Below are positions 11,715 to 24,543 of a stretch of DNA of 64,000 nt, piece after piece. A program made the position numbers and the translations under genes. How positions within the stretch are numbered: the stretch's first letter is position 1; every line of letters begins with the position of its first letter. The notes beneath the pieces were generated by a model, which saw only the letters and a list, made by a program, of their open reading frames with translations, did not search any database and had not been told where the DNA came from. Source of the stretch: Octopus sinensis (taxonomy: Eukaryota); the NCBI RefSeq assembly GCF_006345805.1, contig NC_043005.1, positions 85,932,001 through 85,996,000 of the forward strand, read 5' to 3'.

Positions 11715-11965
11715 GGGCATGTGGCCTTGTGGTTAAGAGCCCACGCTACTAACCTCAAGATTCCGAGTTCGATTCTAGGCAGTGATCTGAATGATAATTA
11801 TAACAGTGATAATGATAATAATAATAACATCGAAAAATACCTTAGGAATGAGAACCCAGGTTCGAAATTTCCCCAAGACACCTGATGAATGCTACAGGGT
11901 ATATCAGCCGAAATGTGTTAACACCAAACAAGGTGAGGACAAATATCCGTCGAATGTAAATAATG
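11715..11965 (+). mobile_element. tRNA-headed element with an (AAT)-rich linker and a hammerhead-like tail
   Basis: A box TGGCCTTGTGG (11722-11732), B box GTTCGATTC (11767-11775), GACAC-CTGATGA...CAGCC-GAAA-T-GTGTT (11877-11919). Confidence 0.65.
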
Positions 11966-12145
11966 AAATGGTGAGTATACTGAGATATTAAATCTTCATA
12001 TCAAAATAATCAGAATACTGACATTGAAAGCAGAAGAAATCCTTTTTTATAAGAGAAGTAGTGAGAGATATTAAAGAAAGGGAGCTGCATTGACAAAATC
12101 CCTTGATTTGCTCATCGCCATAGAGAACGCATACTAGAAATATAG

Positions 12146-12445
12146 AGAAGTCAAGTGACTCAATGGTTAGGATTTTCGGCTAACGATCGTTGTGGGTTCA
12201 TACAGGGTTGCGCGTTGTGTCCTTGAGCAAGACACTTGATTTCACGTTGGTCCAGTCAACTCAGTTGACAAAAATGAGTAGTACCTGTAATTCGAAGGGG
12301 CCAGCTTTGTCACATTCTGAGTCACGCTGAGTCTCTTTGATGTGTGTCTGTGCAATACTTAGCCACTTGCTCGTTAATTTCACGAAGGGCTGATATGTTC
12401 ATCGAATCAACCGGAACACTCGTCGTCGCAGCCGACGGAGTCCCA
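12146..12445 (+). mobile_element. SINE group C
   Basis: GCGTTGTGTCCTTGAGCAAGACACTT, GGGCCAGCTTTGTCAC, tail GCCGACGGAGTCCCA. Confidence 0.85.
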
Positions 12446-12659
12446 GTTAACCTCTTGCAAAATTAGCTGTCTCGTCTCTAGATTTGAATATATTATTAAT
12501 AATTTCAGTTGCATCCTAATTGTTAGAATTTTTCTCTTAAAAATAAGATATTACTGTTATTATTGTTCTGATATTATAAATCGATATATTTAAGAATGAA
12601 CAGAACATTATAATTTTGTGGTTATTTATTGAAATAGAAATGGTGGACGTTGTGAAAAT

Positions 12660-12666
12660 GATGAAC

Positions 12667-12747
<81 letters not shown>

Positions 12748-13100
12748 ATGGTGATGGTGATGATGATGATGATGATGATGATGAATGTGATGATGATGAC
12801 GAATGTGATGATAATGGTGATGATGATGGTGATAGCAATGATGATAATGGTAATGATGATGGGGATGATGATGATGATGGCGATAATGAACATAATGATG
12901 TTGATGATGATGGTGATGATGATGATGATCATGATGATCATAATGATGGTAATGATGATGGTAATGATGATGATGATGATGATGATGACGATGATGATGA
13001 TAATGACGATGATCATGATGGTGATGCTGATCATGATGATAATGATGATGATGATGATGATAACGATGATGGCATTAGCGGATAATGATAATGATGCTGA
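12660..13100. repeat. (GAT)n compound microsatellite
   Basis: Direct inspection. Confidence 0.95.
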
Positions 13101-13223
13101 TATTTCAAAACGAGACAAATAATAACAACTTACAATACACCGCATAACCTTAGAAATCATAGAACAAACAATAACAACGACAAACTGTCTGCACACGCAA
13201 ACACAGGCACACAAACAGACACA

Positions 13224-13257
<34 letters not shown>

Positions 13258-13316
13258 ACACACACGCTCATACACCCACACACGCACTCACGCATGCAAC
13301 TTACACACACACGTAT

Positions 13317-13705
13317 AGGCGCAGGTGTGGGCGCAGGTGTGGCTGCGTGATAAGAAGCTGGCTTCTCAAGTACATGGTTCCTGGTTCAGTCCCAGTAAGT
13401 GGCACCCTGGGCACTCTATAGCGTCGGGCCGAGCGTAGCTTTGCTGCTGGATTTGGTAGACGGAAGCTGAGAAGAAGCCCGTATATGTTTTTTTTGTGTG
13501 TGTGTGTCTGTGTCTGCCAACCACTGGTTCATAACCGGTGTTGATTTATTTACGTCGAAGTATCATAGCGGTTAGGTAAAAGGAGCTACAGAATGAATAC
13601 CCAGTTTAAAAGAAATATGTACTGAAGTCGATTCATTCAACTAAAATACTTAAAAGCGGTGCCCCAGCATGGCCACACTCTAATGATTGAAGCATGTAGA
13701 ATATA
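13317..13705 (+). mobile_element. SINE group B
   Basis: AGGCGCAGGTGTGG head, GGCACCCTGGGCA, tail GCGGTGCCCCAGCATGGCC. Confidence 0.85.
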
Positions 13706-13912
13706 TAGAAGCGAGCGATAAAAATTGTGAATAACAGAGAGAGGATTGATGGTGTAAGATAGAGGGAAAGTGATTTGTAGATATAAAAGTTGGAGAATAC
13801 AACAAAATTATATATTTTTGTTAATATTTATCGGCAACATTCTCTCTCGGATGCAAATTTCGAAAGTGGAATTGGTTTTTCTCGAGCATTTAGGGCTACT
13901 CATATATCTATC

Positions 13913-13914
<2 letters not shown>

Positions 13915-13970
<56 letters not shown>

Positions 13971-13998
13971 GATATGTATACATATATGATATGTATAC

Positions 13999-14035
<37 letters not shown>

Positions 14036-14191
14036 AAGTATATATATACTTGTATATATATTTTCATGTATATATATATGTATATATATATGTATATATA
14101 CATAATAAGTCAAATATATATATATATATGCATATATATATATGTATATATACATATATATGTACATATATGTGTATATATATATGTGTTT

Positions 14192-14229
<38 letters not shown>

Positions 14230-14235
14230 ATAAAG
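13915..14235. repeat. (CA)n/(TA)n microsatellite
   Basis: Direct inspection. Confidence 0.95.
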
Positions 14236-15354
14236 CAAAGGAATATTTTACACGTAGCTCTGCATGTGATTCATTAAGAGATTTTCTTGGTTTGTAACTT
14301 TGTTTCAAATGCATTTGCTAATCCTCCCTCTGTCTCTCACTCTTTCTCCTACTCTCTTCTTTTACTCTCTCTTCCTCACTCTCTGTGTCTCCCTCACTCT
14401 GTCTCACTAACTTTATATATATGCATATACATATGCATATATAAACCCATGCTCAAATATATAAATTCATACACACACATATAAACAACTTGCACATACA
14501 CATATCCCATTTCGCTATTTCCACGCAAACTGAATGAATTGTAATCATAATAAACAGTTACACGAACAACTGAAACAACATTCTCAACAAACAATAACAA
14601 TGCATACAGAATGTAAAATGAATTTACATAAATTCGAGGTTGCTGTAGTTTTTATTGTCTATCAAACGGTTCACTCATTGTCTTGCTAGGTAGAGTTGTT
14701 TACGCGTTGATCGTCACTCTGCTCCAAAATCTAATACAACAACAGCAACAACAACAACAGCGACAGCAACACCAACAAGAAAGTTAGAAGAATTCTGTAA
14801 AAATTCCAAAGAAAAAGAAAATCGAATCAGATAAACAGCAATGATTTTCACCAGGATGTTCACAAATTATGTTTGACGTGATGACAAATATTATCTAATG
14901 TCTTTTATTAATAGAATTTTACAACGCTAATTTATTTGACACCTAAGCCATAATTAGTTCACCAGTGCTTAATATCTTGATAAAGGTAGGATGGAAACTA
15001 AGAGAGAAAAAAGAAAAATGAAAAGAAAAAAATAATAACTTGAAATTCGGTATTTATTTAGAAGTTAGAAAAGTCAAAAAATAAATTATTTATTTCTAAC
15101 ATTGCTGTTGTAAAATGAAAACTCGTCGAGTTGATCATGTGGTGAGGAAAAATATAAATCGGTGTTGTATGTGTTTTTGTGTAGGGAGTGAGGGTGGGTT
15201 GTAGTGGTGGTGGTGGTGTGGTAGTGTGGTGATGTGTGTGTGTGTGTGTGTGTTTGTGCGTGTGGGTGTGTGTATGCAGTGGTTTTTCGTTATTCGTTGT
15301 TACGATTGCTCTGTCAATGTAAAATGATTCTAAAGAGACTTTATCTTTAAATGA

Positions 15355-15395
15355 CAGATAGATAGATAGATAGATAGAAAGAAAGATAACTGGAC

Positions 15396-15458
<63 letters not shown>

Positions 15459-15459
15459 C

Positions 15460-15506
<47 letters not shown>

Positions 15507-15507
15507 C

Positions 15508-15563
<56 letters not shown>

Positions 15564-15597
15564 TGACTGATTGATTGATAGATAGATAGATAGATAG
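15355..15597. repeat. (GATA)n microsatellite
   Basis: Direct inspection. Confidence 0.95.
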
Positions 15598-15920
15598 CGC
15601 GGAGTGTAAGTGGAGGGCGCCTAAAGCAGGTTTACTCAATGTGCAACACATCGTATGTTCCTGACAGGTCTTTGAACAACCGATATAACACAACCTACAG
15701 CTCTGTGCTCCCTGTATCGCATCACCATTACTGCATGAATTCCATATCTATACCTTTGGCTCTAGTTTTACATTCTATTCCAGTATATTGGCACTTCTTA
15801 CTGGATTCCGTCGTCATTTCGAAAAATGAAGGTCCAACAAAGCAAAGGTAAAAAAGAAACAAAAAAAAAGAAGAAACCCATCACCGCCCTATATCCGCCG
15901 GTGCGCAGGTTCCAAAGTAC

Positions 15921-16212
15921 AGGTGCTCCGTCAATTACGATGATAAGTATTACAGTTGATCCGATCAACGAAACAACCTGCTCGTGACATTGACATACAA
16001 GTGGCTGAGTAATCCAAAGGCACGCGTACTTTTAACGTAGTTTTCAGTGATATTCACCGTGACACAGGATCTGATAATGCTGGCCCCTTTTGATATACAG
16101 GTACAGCTCATCTTATCCAGGTGAGTAGATTGGAAAAAATGTGAAATTTAGTGTTTTGCTCAAGGAGACAACGCGTCACCGGGAATCGAAACCTTAACTA
16201 CGAAGTCACGCG
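15921..16212 (-). mobile_element. SINE group C
   Basis: Reverse-complement homolog of 12146-12445 (GATCCGATCAACG, GCTCAAGGAGACAACGCG). Confidence 0.8.
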
Positions 16213-16871
16213 TGGCTTAGGGTTCAAAGTGAAGACTTCCAGTAGCATCCTCTCTCTACCTATCTCTGTTTCTTCTTTCCCTATCGACACAGAACTTACC
16301 AAGAAAATGTGGTGTTGTTGGGGCTGGCGTCTTGATTTGCTGAAAACCCTGTGCAATGAATAGTATTATAGAACACATGGTTTTCTGCCCCATTCTCACG
16401 TCCTCCATACCTGCATGGGTTTGGTGCTATGACTGCTAGTAGCACAGCTGTTATCAGCACGCAGGATTTCTGGCAAACTATGTTCAGTTAGATGAGTTGC
16501 TAAATACCTGAAGGGCCTCTTCTGCCTGGGTCCGTTGGGGTGCCCGTGCGAGACCTTATTCTCTTAGATGGAGCTTATTATACTCAACAGCAACAATATT
16601 CTATATATGTTCACTTATATAGTTTCCTGTGCTGAAATTCTTCCATGGTACGTTTTATTGATGTCACAAAATGCCGAATATACTATGGGGCTCTCCGTAT
16701 CATTTAATCAAGGTAACCGGATTTCTTAAATGTATGTCGAAGTTTAACTCAAACATCATTCAATCACCAACGCCTATTTAAATTTATTTTCATGCTGAAG
16801 AGACATGAGGCAACTGGCATTGTATGTAATGTGTCTAATATCATAATTTTCTTAGTATTTCCAGTTCTCTT

Positions 16872-17088
16872 ACGCGACGAGTTGACAGGACGTTAGCACA
16901 CCGGACGAAATGCTTAGCGGCATTCCGCCCGTCTTTACGTTCTGAGTCTAAATTGTGCCGAGGTCGACTTTGCCTTTCATCATTTTGCAGTTTATAAAAT
17001 AATTACCGTTGAACACTGGTGTCGATATAATCGACTGGGCCCTACCACCGAAATTGCTGGCTTTGTGCCAGAAGTCGCAACCAATATT
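16872..17088 (+). mobile_element. Group A SINE, alternative tail
   Basis: CCGAGGTCGACTTTGCCTTTCATC; tail GAAATTGCTGGCTTTGTGCC instead of TTTGTCTGTCC. Confidence 0.85.
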
Positions 17089-17896
17089 TCGAGTTATCAT
17101 CGGTGTAAACAAAAGTATCAGGAAAGAGAGAGAGAGGGGGAGGGGGGGAGGGAGAGAGGATGAGAGAGGGAGAAACAGAGAAGGAGAGAGAGACGGAGAA
17201 ATAGAGAGAGAGAGAGAAGGAAATAGAGACAGAGCGAGGGAGAGAGAGAAAGAAGGAGAAAGATAAATATGAATTAATATCGCCATAAAACATGTGATCA
17301 TATGTTATATGGTGTGGTAAAAGAATGATGTCTTGAGGGTACCTGAAGTGTGGGTTAACTCGAGGCATTTTGGGATAAACCACCGAAATGTCGAGCCTTT
17401 GAAGAAAGATGTCACGTACAAGAAATGATTAGAGACACGTTGGCTTTAAAACCAGATCATCTCATTACGACAAAGAGAAAATGGACGATCTCAAGTAGTA
17501 AGCTTGCTAATGTTTGCGATAAATTTCAAGCAAATTAACGATGATGATGGTAAAAATGATGATGATGATGATGACTTGCGGAAGAATGAATATCACAACT
17601 TCCACTAGTTTGGTGGAGTGTTTTTACTCGCGCGCACGCATACACACTTTGCATGCACCATAATCATGTTGTAATATATATGTGTTTGCAGGTATGCATG
17701 TGTACGTGTATGTTTGTATTTATGTGTGTGTGTACGTGTGTGTGTTTATATTGTGCATATGTTTGTATATCCGGATACATTGTCGGTTGAACTGAAAAAC
17801 CGATACACTTCGCACAAAATTATTTGCCACTATTCATTATATTCGCTAATTAATAAATAAAAACGCTACTAATTATCTCTGAATCTCCTTGCACGT

Positions 17897-17940
17897 ATCA
17901 CATTTCAGCCTTTCGACTAAGATCAAAGTGTTGTATTGTT
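17897..17940 (+). pseudogene. 3'-truncated U2 snRNA pseudogene fragment
   Basis: 33/40 matches (17897-17936) to the recalled U2 5' end ATCGCTTCTCGGCCTTTTGGCTAAGATCAAAGTGTAGTAT. Confidence 0.7.
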
Positions 17941-18356
17941 GTACATATTATTGTCAAATATAACATTTATAACGCGTATGAATTGAAATGTTTACAACTG
18001 GTTGCAAATACCAGCTGTTGTCAAATGTTTCAGGTGACCACGCGGCGCGCAAATAGATTAAACTGGCCCCATTTAAGGATAATTATGTTGTTGCTGGAAC
18101 TATTTATTGCTGAATCTCATTAATTTTGAATTTAAATAGTTTTGAAATTAGTTATTACTAATAATTAAGATCGTATAAAACTAGAAAAGACAATAAACAT
18201 TAAGGAAAATAAGGTGCAAACAGTATTTCGGCTCATGTTTAGCATTTTCTTCAAGATATTTAGCTGCGCATGATGGGTTCGGAAACAATTCTGATTCGGT
18301 GGCCTAAACTTTGAACACACTGTCAATACTATGCTTGTTAAAGAATACATATTTAT

Positions 18357-18706
18357 AGGCGTAGGAGTGGCAGTGTGGTAAGTTGCTTGCTTACCAACCA
18401 CATGGTTCCGGGTTCAGTCGCAATCCCTGGCAAATTGGGCAAGTGTGTTCTACTATAGCCTCGGCCCGACAAAAGCCTTGTGAGTGGATTTGGTAGACGG
18501 AAACTGAAAGAAGCCCGTCGGGTATATGTATATATATATATATGTGTATGTATATATGTATGTATGTATGTATGTATGTGTGTTTGTATGTATGTTTGTC
18601 CCCCAACATCGCTTGACAACAGATGCTGGTGTGATTACATCCCCGTAACTTAGCGGTTCGGCGAAAAAGACCGATAAAATAAGTACTAAGCTTACAAAGA
18701 ATAAGT
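18357..18706 (+). mobile_element. SINE group B, tail cut off at the CR1-like junction
   Basis: Well-conserved head and middle; stops at GAATAAGT where other copies continue CCTGGGGTCGAT. Confidence 0.9.
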
Positions 18707-19255
18707 GGGTGCTACTATTTTAAAATTGCGTGCGACAATGGTACGCCCACACTTGGAATTTGCATCACCAGGCTGGAAACCCTATCTTGCTCAGCATATA
18801 AGTATCCCGGAAACTGTTCAGTAGCATGCAACAAAACGAAAACCTGCCATCACAGGCATCTACCATACTCTGAACGCCTTGCTTCCCTGGGCATGGATAC
18901 ATTGAAGCTCAGACGTCTGGCAACTGATTTGGTTGACACCCACAGGATTATCCACCATCTTTCCAACAACAACCTTGGGTACCTTTTTGAATTCCATATG
19001 ACAAATACTCGTGAACATGCTTATAAAATAAAAAAAAACAACATAGCACCTATGAGTTTCGGATTCATTTCTTAACGCTCAAAATTGCTGAAGCATGGAA
19101 TAAACTACCCGCATCAGTTGTTACCTGTTGAGACACTATATACTTCAAAACTTCCATGCTTCTTGAAATCCGTCAACAGAACACCCGATGGCCATTTTTT
19201 CTTAGTTGTAATGCATTTGAATGCTGTATACAATGATTTAACAATTTCTTTCATT
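18707..19255 (+). mobile_element. CR1-like LINE 3' fragment (decayed RT C-terminus)
   Basis: Frameshifted translation MVRPHLEFASPGWKPYL / YSERLASLGMDTLKLRRLATDL / AEAWNKLPASVV. Confidence 0.85.
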
Positions 19256-19436
19256 ATATCATACATACACACACACACACACACACACACATACATTATT
19301 GATAGAAAGGTGGTTATCAAACTATCTCTCTCTCCCTCTCTCTCTGTTTCTCTATCTCTCTCACTATCAATAAATAGGTTTATTATACTTCTTCTTAAAG
19401 AGGTTAGAACTAGGACCAAACTACAATTTCAGCATT

Positions 19437-19499
<63 letters not shown>

Positions 19500-20312
19500 A
19501 TTTATACATATATTTGTCTGTCTGCCTGTCTGTCTGTTTCTGTTTCTCTCCACCTCTCTCCCTCTATCAATTCTATGTCTCTTTCTCTGTGCTTTTGTCA
19601 ATCCGTCTATCTACCTATCAATAAAAACTTTACTAAACTTTACTAAACTTTACTAAGTTTCTAAGAAGCCGATGCATATATTCGCTTTAAAATAAGTGCA
19701 TGGCGTCGTAGAAACAATTACGACAATACATTCGTCTGTTAAAACAATGCTTTAGAATACGCGATTGAAATACTAGAAGTTCTAAACGTGTTGTCTCCAC
19801 CACTCATGCAATAAATGCCAGACGTATCTATAAAATGTCCTCCTCAGATGAACACCAGTCTCCTGCGTACAAATAATAGGTGTCACCAACGAACATCTGC
19901 TAATAGTTTTATGATCATTTGGACCATTAAATATTATAGGAAATGTACTTCTTTGTTAGAAAGTTGTAATTCGATTTGAGTGTACACTGATTGAAATGGA
20001 CAATGAGAATCGTTGGAGATAAAATAAAAATTCCGAATTTTAATGTAATTATTTTTATTTCAGAATTACTAATGTGATTTCTTTAATTATTTATTCAATT
20101 CACATAAGAGAATTCTAGATTAAAACAACTTGTTGCGAAGATAGTTTGAGGTTATAACCCACGTTAATGAGAACATCTGATCAGTAACCCGACTAACATC
20201 TTATCGTATTCCTGTAGATCTCTTGGAGACGCTTAAATCGCAAGTCTTTTAGCTCCACATAATAGAGAATTATTGAGTTATGAGCATGCGCACACACACA
20301 CATACGCATATA

Positions 20313-20758
20313 CAGCATGGCTGTGTGGTAAGAAGCTTTGTTACGAAGCACATGATTTGGGGTGCAGTAACCCTGCGTGGCACCTTCGGTCAGTGACTCC
20401 TGTTATAAACTCAGGCTGAGCAAAACCCTGTAAGCAGATTTGAAAAGCAGAAACTGAAAGAAGCCTGTCATAATATACATACATACATACACATATACAT
20501 ACATACACACGCACACATAAACATATATGAGTATGTGTGTGTGTGTGTGAGTGTGGTTGTGTCTGTGTTTGTCCCCCACCATCGACTACAACCGGTGTTG
20601 GTGTGTTTACATCCCAGTTGCTTAGCAGGTTTCCAAAAGAAACCGATAAAATAAGTACCTGAATTAAAAAGAAAAGTAAAGTAGTGTGGTCCAATCATTC
20701 GACTACAACTTCTTCAACGAAGTGTCCCAGTATGGCCACAGTCTAATGACTGAAACAC
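20313..20758 (+). mobile_element. SINE group B
   Basis: GGCTGTGTGGTAAGAAGC head, AACTGAAAGAAGCC, tail CCCAGTATGGCCACAGTCTAATGACTGAAAC. Confidence 0.85.
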
Positions 20759-22379
20759 TATAATATATTGCATACATACGTACATGCGTACGCACGCACG
20801 TACGTACGTACACGCACATACATAAATATTCAACTCGATGCTCCTTGTAATTTGAGATCATACTTCGTTGAAGTCCACTTTATTCTCTGTCCACTGGAGG
20901 CTAGGTTAATAAATGACCAATCCAATATTGGTTGTTAGTCTTTGCTGTTCTCAAATTTTCTATTTTAGTTTAGTTCTGCTGGTAGTAAAGAAGAGCGACG
21001 CGGATATATGCCCTTTTCTCTATAATTTATATATTTATTTGTGTGTATTCGTTTGTTCGCTTCTCGAACATTGCGTTCTTGCTTCTACAACATTTTCATC
21101 ATTTTAATTGTGCACCGTGTTCCTTTCTGGCTTGTAAATTGGCGCTTAATAATAGTGATTGATGAAGTGTGTGTTACCTAATCAAGCGAGATCGATATTA
21201 TCAATGATTTCTCTGGTGATGTCCGTTAAAATCATACTATGCCCATAGGTGGCTCCTTCACCGTTAACGAGGATTAAATTTCCCTCTAAACGTGTAAATA
21301 CGTTTTCTGAATTGGATTCTTCTTAAATTGTAATTCAGTCTCCTTGAGAGATGTGGACAATTACAATCATATCTTTATCCTTTCTTCAATTACGACGAAA
21401 TATTTCTATCTGTTGGGTATTTTTGTGTTCACCAATTTGTACATCACTCATTAACTTATTGGAAAAAAAATTATCCTTGAACTGGTGGTTACATGAAATT
21501 TCACCGTAACCCTTTCTGCCGACGGAAAAAGAAATTGCCGTCAAACAAATAATATTTTGTGAAAAAAAAGAAAAGATTAGCTGATTTCTTAAAATGGCAT
21601 CTTTATCAACTAACCTACCAGTGAGAGAAAGGAGTTACCTTTCTGTCTACCGACTGTTGGAAAGGTAATTCCAACAATCTCCTTGTCTGCCTCTTTTAAG
21701 GCGAAATTACCTACAGCAAATTTTCACATGACAAAAATAATTATGGTGAATTTTCCAGAAACGCAAAGTGATAGGAGTTCCTTCTCGTGTATATAAGAGA
21801 GTGTTTATAAATATCGAAAGCAAAATGCATGGCAACAGATGTGGAATTGTTTAGAAGTGGCTTTTCGGGAGCATAGTTGAGAAAGTAAAACTCAGAACAC
21901 AGGTGTTATTCGCAAAGAGAAGATTTAATTATAATATTTGCAACAGAGTGGGTTTTGCCAAAGGCAACCAAACGAACGGAGTGCTGTTAAATGAGGCGAC
22001 AAATTTATTCTATCGCCATAGAACACGTGTGGTCACGCCGACACATTTCGCACACTGTTGTTGCCCATATTCTCTCACATGACCAGACGCTATAACAAGT
22101 CATGTGCGCAGAAGCTTCGCAATCAGATATAACCTACAACAAGATGACTGTAAAACAAACTGCTTAATATTCACTTTTCCTATTTCTTTTTTTATAATCT
22201 TCACATTAATATTCCGGATGCTCACGTTAATAGATCATGATGTATACAGAGTGCGCCTAAAGAAATCCCAAGTTTTACAGATTGATAAACGTTTCAACGG
22301 CGAATACGTTGACCTTCAGTCTAAAACATAATGGAAAATGAAAAGAAAAAAAAAAGGCAAGAAAATTGGCACATTAACT

Positions 22380-22670
22380 ACGTTAAGACACTGTTACCAT
22401 TTGCTTAATTCTGTGTCCAGAGATATATTTGGGGCGGGCGAAATGTCACACTGAAATAAGTCCAGAACAGCTCTGGAATTATCAAAGACCTGTTTCAATT
22501 TCAAAAAATCGAAATACCTTAATGGGTTTTTGAACCTTATTTGTTTTTCATCAGAGATGTCCACATCATTCTGACTGTCTCCAAAGATAAGAAGAATTAG
22601 CATTTTAAAAATTTCCTTCAAACAAATCTGGCAGAATCATTTCCCCGTAAATTCTCTTTACATGGTGAAG
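22380..22670 (-). mobile_element. Possible piggyBac transposase remnant
   Basis: LKLKQVFD...ISPAPNISLDTELSKW resembles the piggyBac first-Asp region (P..N.S.DE.L.KW). Confidence 0.35.
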
Positions 22671-22686
22671 TAATGTAATATCGACT

Positions 22687-22933
22687 CAAGGCTGGAAAAT
22701 GACCGTTCTACAAGGGAAAATTACTGTGTTATTGACCGCTATTAAGACAAAAGAGCTATTCGAATGACCGCTAATTGTAGGTATGAACAGGGGCGCTTAC
22801 ACGAATGCTGTGAACTTTTTGCCCCCTTACTTTACTCCCTTACTTAGCGGTTATTCGAATAGCTCTTTTGTCTTAATAGCGGTCAATAACACAGTAATTT
22901 CCCTTTGTATAACGGTAATTTTTCACAGCGTTG
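22687..22933. mobile_element. Foldback MITE-like element with about 88-bp inverted arms
   Basis: Arms 22687-22774 and 22844-22933; 47-bp perfect core AATTACTGTGTTATTGACCGCTATTAAGACAAAAGAGCTATTCGAAT. Confidence 0.8.
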
Positions 22934-23034
22934 TTCCGATGGCCGGATAACTGAAAAGATGGCGGCGTGAATTTCCACCCCGGCATCCGAAACTCAGAGT
23001 TTTATCATGGCTACCGAACAACTGTCACATATTA

Positions 23035-23074
<40 letters not shown>

Positions 23075-23076
<2 letters not shown>

Positions 23077-23212
23077 GATTGGTTTCTTTAAGTTTCGGTC
23101 TATTAAATTCCCGCACGACGTCTTGGGCAGCCGAGGCTATAGTAGAAGACAACTGCTCAAAGTACCCTGCAGTGGGACTGAACCCGGAATCATGTGGTTA
23201 GAAAGCAAAGTG
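23075..23212 (-). mobile_element. SINE group B head half
   Basis: CCGAGGCTATAGTAGAAGAC...GCAGTGGGACTGAACCCGGAATCATGTGG. Confidence 0.8.
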
Positions 23213-24175
23213 CTGTTGAGAAATATTCATCTCATAGATCAAAGCCTGGATGTATGAGACAGGAAACATATATAGAATATCGGAAATGGTTGAAACAAAG
23301 GAGGAAATGGGAAATTTTACCGGAATTATTGAAGTAAAATGGTAATCGTGTGAGCCATGGGGTCTCTCAGGCTGTTATATATAAGAGTGCAATTAAATTT
23401 CTCTTTGAAATATTAAAGTATCGCCACCTGGTGTGAATCATCGCGATACAAGTAAGGTTTTTTCCAGTATTAAAATGGCTTCCATGTCAGCTAACTTTTT
23501 CTCAGCCAGAACATTCATTTTCATGCTCTCCAACGCTGTTGAGTGTTTAACAATAGCTCACACTTTTCCTGAAAATGAAGGCATAAAGACTATCCTCAAA
23601 TGGCACCCGAACACACGGTACGTCACTCTTACTATTTTCATTACCACATTTCCGGCTAGATGGATTGAGCCTGTGCATTTTAATGAATTTGATTATGGAT
23701 CCTGTCTAATGAAGTTAATGAAATAAGATCTAGCTACCTTTTGGATAGTAACAGTAGTTCCATGACATCTAACTACGTCTACAATCGGTTATTGTGTTCA
23801 TTTAAGTCGAAGATGTGTTTAATTGGTGAATGTGAGGTTGCTGGTGCATTCAGTATCCAATTATGTTCTGGTCCGGAACAGAAATGTGTTCTTTCTAGAC
23901 CAGACATGGATAATAAAACACAACTAATTGAGTTGTTAAGGAAGTTGTATGGCAATCAGACTGCAACATTTCCAATTAGAATCTGAAGACAAATAAACTA
24001 AATTTATGAAAATATATCATTACAACAAGTTCAAGATTCTATTAATTATGTGACAATACACTTGAAGATGCTGTCGGATTAAATTATGAAACGCTGGTTT
24101 CGTCTTCACACGTTAGTATTTGAGGTTGAATTGTCGTACAGTTTTGCTTTCGGTCATTTCGGATTAGATTTCGAT

Positions 24176-24290
24176 CAATGGTTCTCAACAGGTGTCCTTC
24201 GCGACCCCTGAGAGTCCACAAAATTCTCATGTTAAAGTTTATGAGAAATATATTGGGTAGACTTCTAAAGTACAAAAAGTATTTTAACAA
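24176..24290 (+). mobile_element. hAT-like MITE left end
   Basis: CAATGGTTCTCAAC terminus; interior similar to 5290-5360. Confidence 0.5.
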
Positions 24291-24304
24291 TATATATCTT
24301 ATGT

Positions 24305-24479
24305 GCATGCGTGGGTGTGCGGAAAGTAACTGTCCTCCCAACCACATGGTTCCAGGTTCAGCCCCACAGCGTGGTATACTGGTCAAGTGTCCTCTACTAT
24401 AGCCTCCGGCCGAACAAAGGGTTGTGAGTGGCTATCATTGAAGGAAACTGAAAACTCATCATATATATAAATATAAGTC

Positions 24480-24543
<64 letters not shown>

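Noticed and set aside
11715-11785. tRNA gene call for this and other SINE heads
   Set aside because: A and B boxes are present, but there is no complete cloverleaf or T-run terminator, and they continue into repeat bodies.
23741-23986. 81-aa ORF containing NKTQLIELL
   Set aside because: Only a vague resemblance to transposon proteins; not supportable.
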